From: Nemertoderma westbladi
Taxonomy: Eukaryota > Animalia > Xenacoelomorpha
Direction of reading: 5' to 3'
Assembly (NCBI GenBank): GCA_032718475.1
Contig: JAUCBJ010006054.1
Coordinates: 1 to 64,000 of the forward strand
DNA length: 64,000 nucleotides
Shown here one piece after another: positions 56,901-64,000 of the stretch. Position 1 is the stretch's first letter. Each line of letters opens with the position of its first letter. Both the position numbers and the translations under genes were made by a program. The notes below the pieces were generated by a model. That model made no database searches, was not told the DNA's origin, and saw only the letters and a program-made list of their open reading frames with translations.

Positions 56901-59900
56901 CAGCTCCAAATAACAATGTACTAATAAACGTACCATCAGCTCCAAATAACAATGTACTAATAAACGTTCCATCAGCTCCAAATAACAATGTACTAATAAA
57001 CGTACCATCATCTCCAAATAACAATGTACTAATAAACACGTACCATCAGCTCCAAATAACAATGTACTAATAAACGTACCATCAGCTCCAAATAACAATG
57101 TACTAATAAACGTACCATCAGCTCCAAATAACAATGTACTAATAAACGTACCATCAGCTCCAAATAACAATGTACTAATAAACACGTACCATCAGCTCCA
57201 AATATCATGTATTAATAAACACGTACCATCAGCTCCAAATAACAATGTACTAATAAACGTACCATCAGCTCCAAATAACAATGTACTAATAAACACGTAC
57301 CATCAGCTCCAAATAACAATGTACTAATAAACACGTACCATCAGCTCCAAATATCAATGTACTAATAAACACGTACCATCAGCTCCAAATAACAATGTAC
57401 TAATAAACGTACCATCAGCTCCAAATAACAATGTACTAATAAACGTACCATCAGCTCCAAATAACAATGTACTAATAAACACGTACCATCAGCTCCAAAT
57501 ATCATGTATTAATAAACACGTACCATCAGCTCCAAATATCATGTATTAATAAACACGTACCATCAGCTCCAAATAACAATGTACTAATAAACACGTACCA
57601 TCAGCTCCAAATATCATGTATTAATAAACACGTACCATCAGCTCCAAATATCAATGTACTAATAAACGTACCATCAGCTCCAAATAACAATGTACTAATA
57701 AACACGTACCATCAGCTCCAAATAACAATGTACTAATAAACACGTTCCATCAGCTCCAAATAACAATGTACTAATAAACGTACCATCATCTCCAAATAAC
57801 AATGTACTAATAAACACGTACCATCAGCTCCAAATATCATGTATTAATAAACACGTACCATCAGCTCCAAATAACAATGTACTAATAAACACGTTCCATC
57901 AGCTCCAAATAACAATGTACTAATAAACGTACCATCATCTCCAAATAACAATGTACTAATAAACACGTACCATCAGCTCCAAATATCATGTATTAATAAA
58001 CACGTACCATCAGCTCCAAATAACAATGTACTAATAAACGTACCATCAGCTCCAAATAACAATGTACTAATAAACGTACCATCAGCTCCAAATGTCAATG
58101 TACTAATAAACACGTACCATCAGCTCCAAATATCATGTATTAATAAACGTACCATCAGCTCCAAATATCATGTATTAATAAACACGTACCATCAGCTCCA
58201 AATAACAATGTACTAATAAACGTACCATCAGCTCCAAATAACAATGTACTAATAAACACGTACCATCAGCTCCAAATAACAATGTACTAATAAACACGTA
58301 CCATCAGCTCCAAATAACAATGTACTAATAAACACGTACCATCAGCTCCAAATATCAATGTACTAATAAACGTACCATCAGCTCCAAATAACAATGTACT
58401 AATAAACACGTACCATCAGCTCCAAATATCAATGTACTAATAAAAGTATCATCAGCTCCAAATAACAATGTACTAATAAACACGTACCATCAGCTCCAAA
58501 TATCATGTATTAATAAACACGCACCATCAGCTCCAAATAACAATGTACTATTAAACACGTACCATCAGCTCCAAATAACAATGTACTAATAAACACGTAC
58601 CATCAGCTCCAAATAACAATGTACTAATAAACACGTACCATCAGCTCCAAATATCAATGTACTAATAAACGTACCATCAGCTCCAAATAACAATGTACTA
58701 ATAAACACGTACCATCAGCTCCAAATATCAATGTACTAATAAAAGTATCATCAGCTCCAAATAACAATGTACTAATAAACACGTACCATCAGCTCCAAAT
58801 AACAATGTACTAATAAACACGTACCATCAGCTCCAAATATCAATGTACTAATAAACACGTACCATCAGCTCCAAATATCATGTATTAATAAACACGTACC
58901 ATCAGCTCCAAATATCATGTATTAATAAACACGTACCATCAGCTCCAAATATAATGTATTAATAAACACGTACCATCAGCTCCAAATATCATGTATTAAT
59001 AAACACGTACCATCAGCTCCATATAACAATGTACTAATAAACACGTACCATCAGCTCCAAATATCATGTATTAATAAACACGTACCATCAGCTCCAAATA
59101 ACAATGTACTAATAAACACGTACCATCAGCTCCAAATATCAATGTACTAATAAACGTACCATCAGCTCCAAATAACAATGTACTAATAAACACGTTCCAT
59201 CAGCTCCAAATAACAATGTACTAATAAACGTACCATCAGCTCCAAATAACAATGTACTAATAAACACGTACCATCAGCTCCAAATAACAATGTACTAATA
59301 AACACGTACCATCAGCTCCAAATAACAATGTACTAATAAACACGTACCATCAGCTCCAAATATCAATGTACTAATAAACGTACCATCAGCTCCAAATAAC
59401 AATGTACTAATAAACACGTACCATTAGCTCCAAATATCAATGTACTAATAAAAGTATCATCAGCTCCAAATAACAATGTACTAATAAACACGTACCATCA
59501 GCTCCAAATATCATGTATTAATAAACACGCACCATCAGCTCCAAATAACAATGTACTATTAAACACGTACCATCAGCTCCAAATAACAATGTACTAATAA
59601 ACACGTACCATCAGCTCCAAATAACAATGTACTAATAAACACGTACCATCAGCTCCAAATATCAATGTACTAATAAACGTACCATCAGCTCCAAATAACA
59701 ATGTACTAATAAACACGTACCATCAGCTCCAAATATCAATGTACTAATAAAAGTATCATCAGCTCCAAATAACAATGTACTAATAAACACGTACCATCAG
59801 CTCCAAATATCATGTATTAATAAACACGTACCATCAGCTCCAAATAACAATGTACTAATAAACACGTACCATCAGCTCCAAATATCAATGTACTAATAAA

Positions 59901-62900
59901 CGTACCATCAGCTCCAAATAACAATGTACTAATAAACACGTTCCATCAGCTCCAAATAACAATGTACTAATAAACGTACCATCAGCTCCAAATAACAATG
60001 TACTAATAAACACGTACCATCAGCTCCAAATAACAATGTACTAATAAACACGTACCATCAGCTCCAAATAACAATGTACTAATAAACACGTACCATCAGC
60101 TCCAAATATCAATGTACTAATAAACGTACCATCAGCTCCAAATAACAATGTACTAATAAACACGTACCATCAGCTCCAAATATCAATGTACTAATAAAAG
60201 TATCATCAGCTCCAAATAACAATGTACTAATAAACACGTACCATCAGCTCCAAATATCATGTATTAATAAACACGCACCATCAGCTCCAAATAACAATGT
60301 ACTATTAAACACGTACCATCAGCTCCAAATATCAATGTACTAATAAACGTACCATCAGCTCCAAATAACAATGTACTAATAAACACGTACCATCAGCTCC
60401 AAATATCAATGTACTAATAAACGTACCATCAGCTCCAAATAACAATGTACTAATAAACACGTACCATCAGCTCCAAAAATCAATGTACTAATAAAAGTAT
60501 CATTAGCTCCAAATAACAATGTACTAATAAACACGTACCATCAGCTCCAAATATCATGTATTAATAAACACGCACCATCAGCTCCAAATAACAATGTACT
60601 ATTAAACACGTACCATCAGCTCCAAATAACAATGTACTAATAAACACGTACCATCAGCTCCAAATATCAATGTACTAATAAAAGTATCATCAGCTCCAAA
60701 TAACAATGTACTAATAAACACGTACCATCAGCTCCAAATATCATGTATTAATAAACACGCACCATCAGCTCCAAATAACAATGTACTAATAAACACGTAC
60801 CATCAGCTCCAAATAACAATGTACTAATAAACACGTACCATCAGCTCCAAATAACAATGTACTAATAAACACGTACCATCAGCTCCAAATAACAATGTAC
60901 TAATAAACACGTACCATCAGCTCCAAATAACAATGTACTAATAAACGTACCATCAGCTCCAAATAACAATGTACTAATAAACACGTACCATCAGCTCCAA
61001 ATATCATGTATTAATAAACACGTACCATCAGCTCCAAATAACAATGTACTAATAAACACGTACCATCAGCTCCAAATAACAATGTACTAATAAACACGTA
61101 CCATCAGCTCCAAATATCATGTATTAATAAACACGTACCATCAGCTCCAAATAACAATGTACTAATAAACGTACCATCAGCTCCAAATAACAATGTACTA
61201 ATAAACACGTACCATCAGCTCCAAATATCATGTATTAATAAACACGTACCATCAGCTCCAAATAACAATGTACTAATAAACACGTACCATCAGCTCCAAA
61301 TATCAATGTACTAATAAACGTACCATCAGCTCCAAATAACAATGTACTAATAAACACGTTCCATCAGCTCCAAATAACAATGTACTAATAAACACGTACC
61401 ATCAGCTCCAAATATCATGTATTAATAAACACGTACCATCAGCTCCAAATAACAATGTACTAATAAACGTACCATCAGCTCCAAATAACAATGTACTAAT
61501 AAACACGTACCATCAGCTCCAAATATCATGTATTAATAAACACGTACCATCAGCTCCAAATAACAATGTACTAATAAACACGTACCATCAGCTCCAAATA
61601 TCAATGTACTAATAAACGTACCATCAGCTCCAAATAACAATGTACTAATAAACACGTTCCATCAGCTCCAAATAACAATGTACTAATAAACACGTACCAT
61701 CAGCTCCAAATATCATGTATTAATAAACACGTTCCATCAGCTCCAAATAACAATGTACTAATAAACACGTACCATCAGCTCCAAATATCAATGTACTAAT
61801 AAACGTACCATCAGCTCCAAATAACAATGTACTAATAAACACGTTCCATCAGCTCCAAATAACAATGTACTAATAAACGTACCATCAGCTCCAAATAACA
61901 ATGTACTAATAAACACGTACCATCAGCTCCAAATAACAATGTACTAATAAACACGTACCATCAGCTCCAAATAACAATGTACTAATAAACACGTACCATC
62001 AGCTCCAAATATCAATGTACTAATAAACGTACCATCAGCTCCAAATAACAATGTACTAATAAACACGTACCATCAGCTCCAAATATCAATGTACTAATAA
62101 AAGTATCATCAGCTCCAAATAACAATGTACTAATAAACACGTACCATCAGCTCCAAATATCATGTATTAATAAACACGCACCATCAGCTCCAAATAACAA
62201 TGTACTATTAAACACGTACCATCAGCTCCAAATATCAATGTACTAATAAACGTACCATCAGCTCCAAATAACAATGTACTAATAAACACGTACCATCAGC
62301 TCCAAATATCAATGTACTAATAAACGTACCATCAGCTCCAAATAACAATGTACTAATAAACACGTACCATCAGCTCCAAAAATCAATGTACTAATAAAAG
62401 TATCATTAGCTCCAAATAACAATGTACTAATAAACACGTACCATCAGCTCCAAATATCATGTATTAATAAACACGCACCATCAGCTCCAAATAACAATGT
62501 ACTATTAAACACGTACCATCAGCTCCAAATAACAATGTACTAATAAACACGTACCATCAGCTCCAAATATCAATGTACTAATAAAAGTATCATCAGCTCC
62601 AAATAACAATGTACTAATAAACACGTACCATCAGCTCCAAATATCATGTATTAATAAACACGCACCATCAGCTCCAAATAACAATGTACTAATAAACACG
62701 TACCATCAGCTCCAAATAACAATGTACTAATAAACACGTACCATCAGCTCCAAATAACAATGTACTAATAAACACGTACCATCAGCTCCAAATAACAATG
62801 TACTAATAAACACGTACCATCAGCTCCAAATAACAATGTACTAATAAACGTACCATCAGCTCCAAATAACAATGTACTAATAAACACGTACCATCAGCTC

Positions 62901-64000
62901 CAAATATCATGTATTAATAAACACGTACCATCAGCTCCAAATAACAATGTACTAATAAACACGTACCATCAGCTCCAAATAACAATGTACTAATAAACAC
63001 GTACCATCAGCTCCAAATATCATGTATTAATAAACACGTACCATCAGCTCCAAATAACAATGTACTAATAAACGTACCATCAGCTCCAAATAACAATGTA
63101 CTAATAAACACGTACCATCAGCTCCAAATATCATGTATTAATAAACACGTACCATCAGCTCCAAATAACAATGTACTAATAAACACGTACCATCAGCTCC
63201 AAATATCAATGTACTAATAAACGTACCATCAGCTCCAAATAACAATGTACTAATAAACACGTTCCATCAGCTCCAAATAACAATGTACTAATAAACACGT
63301 ACCATCAGCTCCAAATATCATGTATTAATAAACACGTACCATCAGCTCCAAATAACAATGTACTAATAAACGTACCATCAGCTCCAAATAACAATGTACT
63401 AATAAACACGTACCATCAGCTCCAAATATCATGTATTAATAAACACGTACCATCAGCTCCAAATAACAATGTACTAATAAACACGTACCATCAGCTCCAA
63501 ATATCAATGTACTAATAAACGTACCATCAGCTCCAAATAACAATGTACTAATAAACACGTTCCATCAGCTCCAAATAACAATGTACTAATAAACACGTAC
63601 CATCAGCTCCAAATATCATGTATTAATAAACACGTTCCATCAGCTCCAAATAACAATGTACTAATAAACACGCACCATCAGCTCCAAATATCATGTATTA
63701 ATAAACACGTACCATCAGCTCCAAATAACAATGTATTAATAAACACGTACCATCAGCTCTAAATATCATGTATTAATAAACACGTACCATCAGCTCTAAA
63801 TATCATGTATTAATAAACACGTACCATCAGCTCCAAATATCATGTATTAATAAACACGTACCATCAGCTCCAAATAACAATGTACTAATAAACACGTACC
63901 ATCAGCTCCAAATATCATGTATTAATAAACACGTACCATCAGCTCCAAATAACAATGTACTAATGAACACGTACCATCAGCTCCAAATATCAATGTACTA
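5959..64000. repeat. Large 36-38 bp satellite array (about 1,550 monomers, continuing beyond the window), apparently derived from an exon-intron junction of the RIN/sprint gene
   Basis: Consensus GTACCATCAGCTCCAAATAACAATGTACTAATAAAC(AC). Recurrent variants TAACAAT/TATCAAT/TATCAT/TATAAT, GTACT/GTATT and presence or absence of AC. Two degenerate units at 5959-6030. No unique spacers or insertions seen. Copy number estimated as length divided by about 37.3. Confidence 0.99.

Noticed and set aside
14279-57185. Many minus-strand ORFs (FISTLLFGADGT)n and (LLVHCYLELMVR)n as standalone genes
   Set aside because: By-products of runs of 36-bp units that shift frame at every 37- or 38-bp unit. Only the FGAD segment is meaningful, as an exon end.
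5959-64000. CRISPR array (36-38 bp repeats)
   Set aside because: Units are head-to-tail with no unique spacers, there are no cas genes, and the context is eukaryotic and spliced.
6020-64000. Mass array of TACGTG (HIF-type) sites in 37- and 38-bp units
   Set aside because: The hexamer is simply part of the donor sequence GTACGTGT; no independent evidence of regulatory use.

Overview
AT-rich animal (probably invertebrate) genomic DNA. About 5.9 kb of mostly unique sequence is followed by a 36-38 bp tandem satellite of more than 58 kb that runs off the right edge. The minus strand carries two phase-compatible coding exons (4551-4694, VPS9 C-terminal half; 3652-3963, Ras-association domain) of a RIN/sprint-type Rab5 GEF gene. 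Main observation: read on the gene's sense strand, the satellite monomer is TTT GGA GCT GAT G|GTACGT..., which is the missing 3' end of the preceding exon plus its 5' splice site. Spliced to the exon starting at 4694 (AA TTC CTC CCT) it rebuilds the conserved VPS9 motif F-G-A-D-E-F-L-P, including the catalytic Asp. The array therefore looks like an exon-intron junction, or a whole 23-nt microexon with both splice sites, amplified roughly 1,550 times inside the gene. Also present: a 5'-truncated RTE-type LINE, a compact plus-strand cassette (PC4-like ORF plus acidic ORF) ending near a Helitron-like 3' terminus, a 36-bp minisatellite next to a SINE-like end, and a 30-bp intronic satellite. Protein family calls come from motif recognition by eye, not database searches.
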